This document shows positions 48,098 through 57,323 of a stretch of DNA of 64,000 bases, piece after piece. Source of the stretch: an uncultured Candidatus Micrarchaeota archaeon (GTDB lineage Archaea > Micrarchaeota > Micrarchaeia > Burarchaeales > Fermentimicrarchaeaceae); the NCBI GenBank assembly GCA_963760615.1, contig CAVXDX010000014.1, positions 1 to 64,000 on the forward strand, written 5' to 3'. The notes under the pieces were generated by a model. That model saw only the letters and a list, made by a program, of their open reading frames with translations. It made no database searches and was not told the origin of the DNA. The translations under genes and the position numbers were made by a program. Numbering within the stretch: position 1 is the first letter of the stretch; every line of letters begins with the position of its first letter.

Positions 48098-48780
48098 TTC
48101 ACCACCTCAGTTTTTTCTATAAGTCCATCCTTTATGTGAACTATTCTTTTTGCATGTCTCGCTATGTTAATATCGTGCGTGACTATTATTATCGTATAAC
48201 CTTTTTTATTAAGCTTCATGAGAAGGTTGATTATCTCTTCTCCGGATTTTGAATCCAGATTGCCTGTAGGCTCGTCCGCAAAGATTATGCGAGGGTCGTT
48301 TGCCAATGCGCGTGCTATTGCAGCCCTCTGCCTCTCACCACCACTGAGCTCTGAAGGTTTGTGCTCAGCCCTCTCACCCAGTCCAACCAGATCAAGAAGC
48401 TCGCATGCCCTCTCTCTTCTCTCTTCAGCAGAGAAGCCGTTGAAAATCATCGGGAGCTCCACGTTCTGCACTGCTGAGAGGGTTGGGATGAGGAAGAAGA
48501 ACTGGAACACGAAGCCTATCTTCTTACCTCTTATCTCAGCAAGCTCAGTATCATTCATTGTTGAAGTGTCAATGCCGTCTATGTACAGCTTGCCGCTGGT
48601 TGGCTTGTCAAGACATCCCATTATCTGGATCAGTGTGCTCTTCCCACTTCCAGAGGGGCCCATTATAGACAGGGAGTCGCCTCTTTTGACTGTGAGGTCT
48701 ATGCCTTTTAGAACATCCAGCTCGTAATTTCCCATAAGGTACTTTTTCTGGAGGTTTTCAACCTTTATCACATCATCCAT
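48094..48780 (-). CDS. ABC transporter ATP-binding protein (LolD/MacB type)
   Basis: GPSGSGKST, LSGGERQR, FADEPTGNLD, VTHD. Confidence 0.96.
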   Translation of the reverse strand: MDDVIKVENLQKKYLMGNYELDVLKGIDLTVKRGDSLSIMGPSGSGKSTLIQIMGCLDKPTSGKLYIDGIDTSTMNDTELAEIRGKKIGFVFQFFFLIPTLSAVQNVELPMIFNGFSAEERRERACELLDLVGLGERAEHKPSELSGGERQRAAIARALANDPRIIFADEPTGNLDSKSGEEIINLLMKLNKKGYTIIIVTHDINIARHAKRIVHIKDGLIEKTEVVK

Positions 48781-48781
48781 G

Positions 48782-49534
48782 TTACTCCCTCTGCGAGAAG
48801 AGGAAAGCACCAGTGAATATGCACGCTGTGCAGAAGCATATAAGTACTCCCAAGTCCGCCCAAAGCGGCATTCCTGGGGTATTTGTGAGACTTTCCCTCA
48901 GCCCGTCAACTCCATATGTTAATGGATCCAGATAAATTATAAACTGCCATGTTCCGAGGTTATTGAGCGGAACCAAAGCACCTGAGAGGAGCAGAATCGG
49001 CATCATGAGGAAGTTATTTATGAGCTGGAAGCCGTGCATATCCTCCATTTTTGATGCTATTGCTATGCCCAATGAAACAAACGAAGCGGAAATGAGGAAC
49101 ATGAAAAGCAATGCAAGTGGAAGACCATAGAAGTTCAGTTGCACCCCCATGAGTAACGATATGCCGAGCAAGAGGATTGCTTGTACAGTTGCGGTGGTCA
49201 CTCCTCCCAGTGTTATACCCAGCATTATTGAAACTCTCGAGATTGGCGCAATCATTATTTCCTTAAGGAAGCCGAATTCCCGGTCCATGAGCACTCTTAT
49301 GCCGGCGAATATTGAAGAGAACAGCAACACCATGCCTATCATGCCCGGTGCGAGCACATTCATGTAATTGCCTCCTCGATTCATTGTCTGGTAGGCAGCA
49401 CTGAAACCGCTCCCCAGTATGGCAAGGAAGAAAAATGGCATAGCAAGAGTGCCTATTACTCTGCTCTTGGCTCTGAAGAACCTTATCACTTCCCTCTTCC
49501 AGAGGATGTAAATTCCGCTCAGTTGTTTGTTCAT
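48782..49534 (-). CDS. ABC-2 type exporter permease
   Basis: LAPG, DREFGFLKEI..AP, LSGAL.P, DPLTY.VD.LR. Confidence 0.93.
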   Translation of the reverse strand: MNKQLSGIYILWKREVIRFFRAKSRVIGTLAMPFFFLAILGSGFSAAYQTMNRGGNYMNVLAPGMIGMVLLFSSIFAGIRVLMDREFGFLKEIMIAPISRVSIMLGITLGGVTTATVQAILLLGISLLMGVQLNFYGLPLALLFMFLISASFVSLGIAIASKMEDMHGFQLINNFLMMPILLLSGALVPLNNLGTWQFIIYLDPLTYGVDGLRESLTNTPGMPLWADLGVLICFCTACIFTGAFLFSQRE

Positions 49535-49539
49535 ATGAT

Positions 49540-50523
49540 CTACCTATTCCTGCTCCTTACTGCAGCTCTAAATCTGTCAAATGCACCGGCTTTGTCTTCC
49601 CTTATGCTTTTTCCAGTGAGTTGTATGAACACATCCTCGAGAGTCGGGTGATGCAAAGAAATTGAGTGAATTGTTATGCTGTGTTTCTGCGCGATGTCAA
49701 ATATTGTCGGGATGATGTGCTCGGCATCATCCGCAGTTATGCTAATGCCCCCATCTGCACTCTTTATTTTCTTTATGCCCTTCATTTTCTTGAGATGCGG
49801 CAACAAGCCGGAGTCCGCCTCAAGCAAAATGATATCACCGCCAAGGGAGTGCTTGAGCTTTTCCGGAGTGTCCATGGCTATTATTTTGCTGTGATCCATA
49901 ATTGCGATCCTGTCGCAGAGGTAATCAGCCTCCTCCAGGTAATGCGTCGTAAGCACCATCGTAACCTTCTCCTCCTTATTCATCTTCTGGACATGATCCC
50001 ATATGTTCCTCCTGGTCTGCGGGTCCAGGCCAATTGTGGGCTCATCCAGGAATAGTATTTTGGGGTGGTGTATCAAGCCCCTTGCAATCTCAAGCCTTCT
50101 CTTCATGCCTCCCGAGAATTTCTTAACTTGTTCCTTGCTTTTTTCAGTCAGTTCGACAAGTTCCAGCACTTCACGTATTCTCTCTTTTCTCTGGTCAGCG
50201 GGCATGCCATATAGCATTGCATGAAAATCTAGGTTTTCGTATCCAGTGAGTTCCTCATCAAGGCTAGGATCCTGGAAAACCATACCTATGGAATTTCTCA
50301 CTTCGTCCTGCTGGGTATCCACGTCATAGCCATTGATTTTTGCAGTTCCCGAAGTGGGTTTGAGTATCGTCGCGAGCATGGAGAGAGTTGTTGTTTTACC
50401 AGCACCGTTAGGGCCAAGAAGTCCAAATAGCTCTCCCTCTTTAATCTGCAGGTCTACGGAATCAACTGCCGTAAAGCCGTTAAACTTTCTAGTTAGTTTG
50501 TTTGTTTCAATCACATTTCCCAT
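49540..50523 (-). CDS. ABC exporter ATP-binding protein (DrrA-like)
   Basis: GPNGAGKTT, FSGGMKRR, LDEPT.GLD, TTHY, PTLEDVF. Confidence 0.96.
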   Translation of the reverse strand: MGNVIETNKLTRKFNGFTAVDSVDLQIKEGELFGLLGPNGAGKTTTLSMLATILKPTSGTAKINGYDVDTQQDEVRNSIGMVFQDPSLDEELTGYENLDFHAMLYGMPADQRKERIREVLELVELTEKSKEQVKKFSGGMKRRLEIARGLIHHPKILFLDEPTIGLDPQTRRNIWDHVQKMNKEEKVTMVLTTHYLEEADYLCDRIAIMDHSKIIAMDTPEKLKHSLGGDIILLEADSGLLPHLKKMKGIKKIKSADGGISITADDAEHIIPTIFDIAQKHSITIHSISLHHPTLEDVFIQLTGKSIREDKAGAFDRFRAAVRSRNR

Positions 50524-50530
50524 TCTATCA

Positions 50531-51004
50531 CTATTGCAAGAGTTTTTCAAAGATGCTGCATATCTTGAGAAAAGTCTCTTTCCTTCTCTTCTCAGGAAGC
50601 TTGAGGAATTTCTCCCTAAGATTGTTGAACCTTTCAAATTGTTCACTCAGCTCCTTTATTTCAGTATCATCAAAATTGTGTATTATCTTGGTCACGAGCG
50701 GCAGGAATATTGCGCCCATGTCGCCCCTCTTCATCACCCTCTCCCTGCCCTCTATGAGATGTTTCCTTCCTTGGTTAGTAATCATGTAAGTTATCTCTCT
50801 TCTCCCCTCACTTTCTGAGAGTTCCGCCTTAATCAGCCCCTCCCTCTCCATTTTCCTCAGCAGGGGGTATATCGCCCCCGGGCTGGGCTTCCAGTTGCTA
50901 CTGGTGAGATCGGCTATTCTCTCGGTTATCATTTTGCCGGAAACGGGTTTTTCCGCCTCGCACAGTATGAAAAGCTTCAGCAGGCCTTTCGCAAATATTT
51001 TCAT
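50531..51004 (-). CDS. PadR-family transcriptional regulator
   Basis: WKPSPGAIYPLL..ME.EGLI...R..Y.IT..G; heads the ABC operon. Confidence 0.92.
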   Translation of the reverse strand: MKIFAKGLLKLFILCEAEKPVSGKMITERIADLTSSNWKPSPGAIYPLLRKMEREGLIKAELSESEGRREITYMITNQGRKHLIEGRERVMKRGDMGAIFLPLVTKIIHNFDDTEIKELSEQFERFNNLREKFLKLPEKRRKETFLKICSIFEKLLQ

Positions 51005-51018
51005 ATCGGATGTGATAT
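51003..51018. promoter_or_regulatory. Possible PadR autoregulatory operator
   Basis: ATATCG-gatg-TGATAT imperfect palindrome between the TATA-like repeats (GATATATAA x2) and the start codon. Confidence 0.35.
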
Positions 51019-51143
51019 ATAACTGAAAAGATATATAAGGCTTTCGTTGATGGCCTCTAGTCAGTGAGATGGCTGAAAGAGAGTCAAGAAAAGTTGCCAA
51101 GATAGGATAATTTAATATAGATGAATTCTTAAAAATAGGTAGT

Positions 51144-51716
51144 ATGGCAAAGAAGACTTGCAAAGAGGCATCCCTGAAAGACAGGATAGGACTGTTTTTT
51201 AGCAATTATAAGAAACTTCACCAAGCTGCAGTGACTCATTGCGATGAAGGAGTTGGGCGTACCGCAGTAGATATTATCGCTGGCAGCAAGATGCTCTCTG
51301 AATGGGACAAGAGCCATTATTTTGGTGATACGGCTATATTCACTCCCAACCTCTCGGTTGCAGAGAACGCCTGGGAGAGGATAGAAAGGGGTGCAGTACC
51401 TGAGAGCGAGAAGCTTGACAAGGCAAAGCTCGTTGCCAGCTTCTCAGCCCATGAGCCGGTTGCCATAGACGCTCTGGATTACATAGAGAGAAGCGAGATT
51501 GATGAGAGGGACAAGATCAAGAGTGCCGACTACATAGGGATGCACACAAAACACCTCTCTGTTGCCAAGAGGACGCTGAATTTCATAGTAAGAAGCCAGC
51601 TGAAAAATGAGGAGAAGATATCTCACATACGGGAAATCGCCGGCCGCTCAAAGCACAGCTCTATAAAGAAGAAGGCAAAGGAATGGCTGGAGAGCTACAG
51701 GATAATAAAAGTCTAG
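51144..51716 (+). CDS. Hypothetical helical protein
   Basis: 190-aa ORF convergent with alaS. Confidence 0.7.
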   Translation: MAKKTCKEASLKDRIGLFFSNYKKLHQAAVTHCDEGVGRTAVDIIAGSKMLSEWDKSHYFGDTAIFTPNLSVAENAWERIERGAVPESEKLDKAKLVASFSAHEPVAIDALDYIERSEIDERDKIKSADYIGMHTKHLSVAKRTLNFIVRSQLKNEEKISHIREIAGRSKHSSIKKKAKEWLESYRIIKV

Positions 51717-54358
51717 TCGGAGAAGGAGACTTTCTCTTTAGTTCTTCCCCTTGCAAACCTCTTGCTTCCTCCTCCTGCTCCTCCAAACTTGGAGTATAAC
51801 TGCGAGAGAAGCTTGCTTGAATCCATCTCAGAACCTTCAAAGGTTGCCGCAACAACGTCATTGTTCTGGTTTGCCAGTACTGCGGTTACATCTTTCTCAG
51901 AGATGCACAGGGCAATCTTTTCCAGCAGTTTGGCATCAACGTTGAGAATCTTCCTCAGAACCTTGCCTTTCGCCTCCTGCAGAAGCTTCTCAGCCTCCAA
52001 TTCAGCTACCCGCTCCTCCAGCTCCCCAAGCTTCTTGCCCCTCTCCTTCCACTCTGCGAAGAAGCGCTCTTCAGTTACGGCAAGCTGCTCTGGAGAGACC
52101 TTGAGCTTTTCAGAAGCCTCTCTCAGCACCTCATCCTCCTTCTGGATGTAGCCCAAGGCTGCCTCCCCCGCAACAAACTCTATCCTGCTCACCCCGTCCT
52201 GAATCCTTTCCTCCCTTATTATCTTTATCATGCCCACCCTTCCGGTGCTTGGCAGATGAAGTCCTCCGCACGCCTCAGCATCAACCCCTCCCTCTATCTC
52301 GACTACCCTCACCAGCCTGCCCGGAGAGGAGCCTCCCTGGTATATTGTGAACCCGTATTTCTTCTCAGCCTCACCTCTATCCATATTTGTTATTCTTATC
52401 TTCCTGTCTTCCAGAACAATTTTGTTTGCAACGAGCTCTATCTGCCTTATCTGCTCAGGGGAGAGCTTCTCGTAGTGTGTTATGTCAAGATGCGCCCTAT
52501 CCTTTTCCTTCCTCGCCCCGGCCTGCCAGACATGGTTGCCGAGAACCTTCCTGCAGGCATAGTTCAGTATGTGGGTTGCGCTGTGGTGCCTCATTAGGGC
52601 TTTCCTGCGCTCCCCATCCACATGAATGTAGACTCTCTGTCCCTCGGTGAAATCGAGCTTCTCAACTCTATGGAATGCCACTCCCGCAACCTTCTGCACA
52701 TCAAGGACTTTGATTCCGTTGATTGTCCCGAGGTCCGCAACCTGTCCCCCTCCCTCAGGGTAGAATATTGTTGCATCCAGGACAACTGCTCCATTCCTCA
52801 CTGCAATGACCGTGGAGTCAAGCTCCAACTTTTCCGCATCCTCATAGTAAACCGCTCTTGTCTCAGGAAGTCCGGTTGCATCGAAAGGAGACTTCTCCTC
52901 CTTCACTGTGATGTGGTTCTTGGTGAGCGCATCATAGAAGTCTGCCGGAATCTGTATGCCCACCTTCTCCTCCTTGGCAACCTTCTGTATGAGCTCCGGG
53001 GTTATCCCCTGGGACTCGTAGAGCTTTGCAAGCTCCTCTGATGAGAATTTTTTGCCCTCGCCGAGGATGTTCGCAACAATCCTCCTGGATATCTTTATGG
53101 TTGAGTCATACCTCTTCTCCTCAAAATCTATTATCCTCTGCATCTGGGGGAGGTTCTCAAGCAGCTCGGGAAAGAGCGGTTTAAGCTCCCGGCAATTCAG
53201 CTCTATTATGTCGTTTATATGGAAGGGGAATCCGAACTGCTCTATGAAGCTCAGGGCTCTTCTCAGCACAACCCTGAGGTTGTAGCCCCCTCCCGTATTG
53301 CTTGGCAGGGCTCCGTCATTTATTGCATATGCCAGTGTCCTGGCGTGGTCGCATATTGCGTATACTGCCTCAACAGGCGCAATTTTTGACTCCAGCTCCT
53401 CAACGGTGATGCCGAGTGTTTTTGCAATCCCTTTTCTTACATTCCTTATATCCCCTGAAACATCCATGTCGAGAGAACCGCTTATCTTGGCATACCTGTT
53501 GAACAGCCCGGCATCAAACTCGAGAGAAGCTTCCTTCCTCATTTTCTCAAGTACGGGGCCGAAGACTGCATCATAGCTTGTTGGCGTGCCCTGGGTTAGC
53601 CAGGTGAATCTCTCCAACCCAGCTCCCATGTCGATGACTTTCTCATCCATCTCCCTGTAGTTGTCCATTTCTCCAAGAAACTGGGTGAAAACTGCGTTGC
53701 CAAGCTCTAAACCCTTAACATAGTATTCAAGTGAGGAGCCGAACGCCCCGTAGCCAATCCAAGCATCCTCAACGAAGACTATCTCCTCCTTTTGAATTCC
53801 AAAAACCCTGTTCACCAACTCAAAATCCAAATCAATGCATCTATCCTTCCAGTAGCCCTTCTCATTCGCAAGCGCATGCTGACCCACCATGACGAAGGAG
53901 CTGTAGTGCCTCCCAGTAACTCCTATGTTAGGTATGTCTGAGAATCGCATGCACACCTGGGGTATTATCAGCGGGTTTGCAGGCAACTCGAAAGCCACCT
54001 GGCCCTTCTCAATCCTCTGGAAGTCGATTATGGATGCAACGGTGAAGAAAAGATCAGGTCTCCAGCGCGAGACAACAGGGTATCTCCTCACAGATGTGTG
54101 GCCTTTTGAAACGAAGAAGTTGTCAATCTCCTTCCATGCTTCTGCATAGCTGAATCGCTTGCTTGTAGGTGGGCTGCCTATAAAACCATAGCTTGTGCAT
54201 GTCGCATCCGGGCACGTGTCGCCAGCACCGATAGACCAGAAGAACTTCCCGCATTTTTTGCACTGCTTCCTTGTGTAGCCCTCCCTCTCAAAAAGCTCGA
54301 CCGTCCAGTACTTGTCATGGTCTTTCTGGAATTTCTGTATGAGCTCCTTCTTTCCCAT
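51713..54358 (-). CDS. alaS: Alanyl-tRNA synthetase (archaeal type)
   Basis: FTVASI.DFQ, Q.C.RF.D, ELGN.VF, IDMG.GLER, DH.R, HSATH, CGG.H editing site, GGGS C-terminus. Confidence 0.98.
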   Translation of the reverse strand: MGKKELIQKFQKDHDKYWTVELFEREGYTRKQCKKCGKFFWSIGAGDTCPDATCTSYGFIGSPPTSKRFSYAEAWKEIDNFFVSKGHTSVRRYPVVSRWRPDLFFTVASIIDFQRIEKGQVAFELPANPLIIPQVCMRFSDIPNIGVTGRHYSSFVMVGQHALANEKGYWKDRCIDLDFELVNRVFGIQKEEIVFVEDAWIGYGAFGSSLEYYVKGLELGNAVFTQFLGEMDNYREMDEKVIDMGAGLERFTWLTQGTPTSYDAVFGPVLEKMRKEASLEFDAGLFNRYAKISGSLDMDVSGDIRNVRKGIAKTLGITVEELESKIAPVEAVYAICDHARTLAYAINDGALPSNTGGGYNLRVVLRRALSFIEQFGFPFHINDIIELNCRELKPLFPELLENLPQMQRIIDFEEKRYDSTIKISRRIVANILGEGKKFSSEELAKLYESQGITPELIQKVAKEEKVGIQIPADFYDALTKNHITVKEEKSPFDATGLPETRAVYYEDAEKLELDSTVIAVRNGAVVLDATIFYPEGGGQVADLGTINGIKVLDVQKVAGVAFHRVEKLDFTEGQRVYIHVDGERRKALMRHHSATHILNYACRKVLGNHVWQAGARKEKDRAHLDITHYEKLSPEQIRQIELVANKIVLEDRKIRITNMDRGEAEKKYGFTIYQGGSSPGRLVRVVEIEGGVDAEACGGLHLPSTGRVGMIKIIREERIQDGVSRIEFVAGEAALGYIQKEDEVLREASEKLKVSPEQLAVTEERFFAEWKERGKKLGELEERVAELEAEKLLQEAKGKVLRKILNVDAKLLEKIALCISEKDVTAVLANQNNDVVAATFEGSEMDSSKLLSQLYSKFGGAGGGSKRFARGRTKEKVSFSD

Positions 54359-54405
54359 GTTGACCAGATGAATTTTATAAACAGTATATTAAAGCCTTTT
54401 TGGTA

Positions 54406-55038
54406 TCAGCATTCCCTCTGGTATTGAATGTAGGAGTAGACGACAGAATAAACTGCTATCAGAATGGCAGGAACAGCTATGATGAGCACTGCATAGGATG
54501 GGAAGAATATTCCAAGAAGCGCGACAACTCCGCTGGCTTTAAGCAGCTTCCCGCAGATTTTGTTAGTCTTATTCCACACTCTTTCGCTGCTCATGGTCCA
54601 GGGTGTCTGTATACCAATGAACCAGTTTCTCTTTGCATTCTCGGTAAGGACTCCGGAGTAGTATAGCAGCACGGCAAAGGCTGGTGCAAGAAGCTGCATT
54701 AGGTTGAATTTCACACCCGTATTCCATAGTATTGTGAGGAGGTAGAGGTAGAAAAAGAACAAAGCTACGATTATTGAGAATGCGCCATAGTATTTCCTGA
54801 ACTTCTCAATGTTTGCCTTGAGAGGGTCTACTCGAGGTATGAGCACAATAAAGATGAGCAGTATTACGAGGATAATCGGCATTACAAACAGGCCCCAGAG
54901 CTTGGGGATGTAACTGTCAACCTCGCCTGCCACATTCCAGTGCGAGGCCATGCTCTCAGGCATCTGCGGGTAGAGGTAGACAGCTACTGCGAAAGATAGT
55001 ATGATTACGGCAAGGATTAATGCCTCGCTTGTCCTCAT
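54406..55038 (-). CDS. SdpI/DUF1648 family membrane protein
   Basis: MP..MASHWN..GEVD, KRNWFIGI.TPWT..S..VW.KT. Confidence 0.9.
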   Translation of the reverse strand: MRTSEALILAVIILSFAVAVYLYPQMPESMASHWNVAGEVDSYIPKLWGLFVMPIILVILLIFIVLIPRVDPLKANIEKFRKYYGAFSIIVALFFFYLYLLTILWNTGVKFNLMQLLAPAFAVLLYYSGVLTENAKRNWFIGIQTPWTMSSERVWNKTNKICGKLLKASGVVALLGIFFPSYAVLIIAVPAILIAVYSVVYSYIQYQREC

Positions 55039-55123
55039 AAGTTACTATTCTCTTAGGATGTTTAAAAATATATGCCAACCGGGTATAGGATTTATTAAAC
55101 TGTTTCGCTCCTAAAAGTAAGGA

Positions 55124-55195
55124 GGGCCCGTAGTCGAGTGGTAAGACGTCAGTCTCACACACTGAAGATCCCCGGTTCGATCCCGGGCGGGCCCA
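55124..55195 (+). tRNA. tRNA-Val(CAC)
   Basis: GGGCCCG/CGGGCCC acceptor, TCAGT-CTCACAC-ACTGA anticodon arm, GGTTCGATCCC T-arm. Confidence 0.96.
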
Positions 55196-55247
55196 CTCTT
55201 CTTTGAGCAAACATTTTAAATGTTCAATTGAATAATAAACAAGCCGA

Positions 55248-55322
55248 GCTCCGATCGTCTAGTCCGGTTAAGGATTCAGGCCTCTCGAGCCTGCGACCCG
55301 GGTTCAAATCCCGGTCGGAGCA
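55248..55322 (+). tRNA. tRNA-Glu(CTC)
   Basis: GCTCCGA/TCGGAGC acceptor, CAGGC-CTCTCGA-GCCTG anticodon arm, GGTTCAAATCC T-arm. Confidence 0.96.
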
Positions 55323-55457
55323 CTGAGCCATAGGCTCAACTCCCCACCTTCCCAAGCAACTTTTCTTGTTCCCGTCTCTGGTTCTGAGTGGCAACGTTTA
55401 AATAGACTGCGTCGGTGAACGTAGACGGACCTAGGTTAGAACAAGCAAGTTCACTTC

Positions 55458-55847
55458 TTAAACCCATCCTCTTCTGCATCGCGTACATTTTGTTGGGTGA
55501 CCAACTCTCTTATGCTGTACGTGACCACATCGACATCTACTTGTACTCAAATATCTTGGCAGGTAAGTTACTTTATCAATAACGCGCCCAGCCTTCCCGA
55601 CACCGTACTCTAGGGTTTTTTTCCCTAATTCGCCACCAATCTTTTCGCCCCCCTTTTTACCAATGAACCCGCCGATCTTTTGAGCACGAGGAAGAAGATA
55701 GGGTTGATGTGACGCTATAACCATAGTTTCAGCAGTCCTTTTCCCTGTTTCTTCACCTACCTTGCCACCAATTAATTCTCCGCCTTGCTGTCCTACAACT
55801 CTACCTATCTTGCGACCAGATTTCTCAAAATTACCCATTTCGCCCAT
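55458..55847 (-). CDS. Gly-repeat (GxxxG) protein with C-terminal Zn-ribbon
   Basis: G at every 4th position in GRKIGRVVGQQGGELIGGKVG and IGGFIGKKGGEKIGGELG; CRCGH...CTRC. Confidence 0.7.
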   Translation of the reverse strand: MGEMGNFEKSGRKIGRVVGQQGGELIGGKVGEETGKRTAETMVIASHQPYLLPRAQKIGGFIGKKGGEKIGGELGKKTLEYGVGKAGRVIDKVTYLPRYLSTSRCRCGHVQHKRVGHPTKCTRCRRGWV

Positions 55848-55888
55848 AATATCATCTCTAACACTACAATATTTCGTAATAAATGGAT

Positions 55889-56272
55889 TTACCTATGCCA
55901 TCCAAATATTGTTCTGATAATATCTTGCCCCAGCTTCTCCCGGCCAGTTTCTGCTTTCCTAGTTTCAAGTTGGTATCTGGCCTGCGTTTTTTGTATTTCT
56001 GCTTCGTGCTTCTTAGCAACTCTTTTTGTCTTCTCTTCTTCTATTTTCATTCGCGCCTTAGCTCCTTGTTTACTAATTCTCTCTAATGAATCGAAACCAT
56101 ATTTACCAAGATCGTAAGAGCGTATGAACATGAATAGACCAAAGAGGAGGTAGATTATCTGAAGAAAAATATTGTTGGTATTAGACAATAACCAAAGGCA
56201 ACCTAGTCCTGCCAATGCTAATCCTGCGGATGGACTTAGATATAACACATTTTTTATTAGTGAATCCATCAT
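55889..56272 (-). CDS. Two-TM protein with C-terminal coiled coil
   Basis: Hydrophobic GLALAGLGCLWLL and IFLQIIYLLFGLFMFI, followed by a charged heptad region. Confidence 0.75.
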   Translation of the reverse strand: MMDSLIKNVLYLSPSAGLALAGLGCLWLLSNTNNIFLQIIYLLFGLFMFIRSYDLGKYGFDSLERISKQGAKARMKIEEEKTKRVAKKHEAEIQKTQARYQLETRKAETGREKLGQDIIRTIFGWHR

Positions 56273-56285
56273 ATCATCTTGGGAA

Positions 56286-56684
56286 TCACAATTGACTGGC
56301 CGGTTTGAATTCAGTATCATGTTCATCTATTGGTTTGTCTATAAAAATCCGTTTATAGCATTTGTTCTCTTCAATTCTTTTATTTCCCGTCTTTTGTTCT
56401 TCTTCAGAGAGTATATCTTTCAAATGCTCTTTAGCTTTCATAGAGTGATACTTTACTAGATTTTGAAATTTTTCTGTAGTTTCCCTAAGAAGGTAATAAG
56501 CTTTTTTGTGTTTATCCGGATCTTTATTAGATAGGCTGAGGATATTATCGAGTTTTGGTTTGATTGACTCTAGCTTTTTATCAGCGTATTCTAAGGCTTC
56601 AACGTGGTAGTGAACCCATTCAATTCCTTTCCTTTTTATCTTTCCATTTTTACTATTCCTACTTTCAGAATCGCTCCCAGTCAT
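56286..56684 (-). CDS. Hypothetical helical protein
   Basis: 132-aa ORF with AGGTGG SD, 8 nt after the upstream stop. Confidence 0.7.
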   Translation of the reverse strand: MTGSDSESRNSKNGKIKRKGIEWVHYHVEALEYADKKLESIKPKLDNILSLSNKDPDKHKKAYYLLRETTEKFQNLVKYHSMKAKEHLKDILSEEEQKTGNKRIEENKCYKRIFIDKPIDEHDTEFKPASQL

Positions 56685-56692
56685 GACACCAC

Positions 56693-57316
56693 CTATTCTT
56701 CAATATCCTCAGTTCCGAGGCTAAATAAGTATGCTTCAAAATTTTCAACAATTTGTGGGTTATCGGAATTTGCCAATTCCCACATGGCCTTTCCGTATTT
56801 GTCAAATTCTTTCACAAAAAACTCATCTCTGTCAGTATACTTAAACAAGGTCAAAGATTTTCCTAGAGATTTGCTCATAAAACGAGTAGCTTCGTCAGTT
56901 TTAAAAAATAGAGCTTTTGTGCCATCTTTATATTTGTAACCAAATCTGTCTATGAATTTATGCTCTAGTAAAACCTTACCGATCTTTTTTACAAATGAGA
57001 TATTTGTATAATCTGGGCAATAGATACAAAAAACATGTTCATTTCCTTCGATATCTGAACCACGAGCCTTGAATGAATCGGTAAGCTTCATTTCTTTAGC
57101 CATCCTGGCAACCTCTCTGAAAGTTTCTATGAATACCTCATCCGAGACAAAAATCAACCACTTCCCATTTTTTTCGTCGGACGTATTTTTGCATTCTGGG
57201 TGATTAGAGAGGGAAACATAGTTCCATTCAGGATGCGGTGGAATAAAAGAATCTATGTTGGTATCCTCCTGGATAACTGAATCGGACTCCCATATTGGCT
57301 TAATTTTTCGCATCAT
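56693..57316 (-). CDS. Bles03/DUF1917-like protein (eIF4E-like / phosphothreonine-lyase-like fold)
   Basis: NGKWLIF, SFKA, HVFCIYCPDY, FKTDEAT match the GKWL.F...K...VIC.Y..D...YK.D..T family pattern. Confidence 0.7.
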   Translation of the reverse strand: MMRKIKPIWESDSVIQEDTNIDSFIPPHPEWNYVSLSNHPECKNTSDEKNGKWLIFVSDEVFIETFREVARMAKEMKLTDSFKARGSDIEGNEHVFCIYCPDYTNISFVKKIGKVLLEHKFIDRFGYKYKDGTKALFFKTDEATRFMSKSLGKSLTLFKYTDRDEFFVKEFDKYGKAMWELANSDNPQIVENFEAYLFSLGTEDIEE

Positions 57317-57323
57317 AATAACC

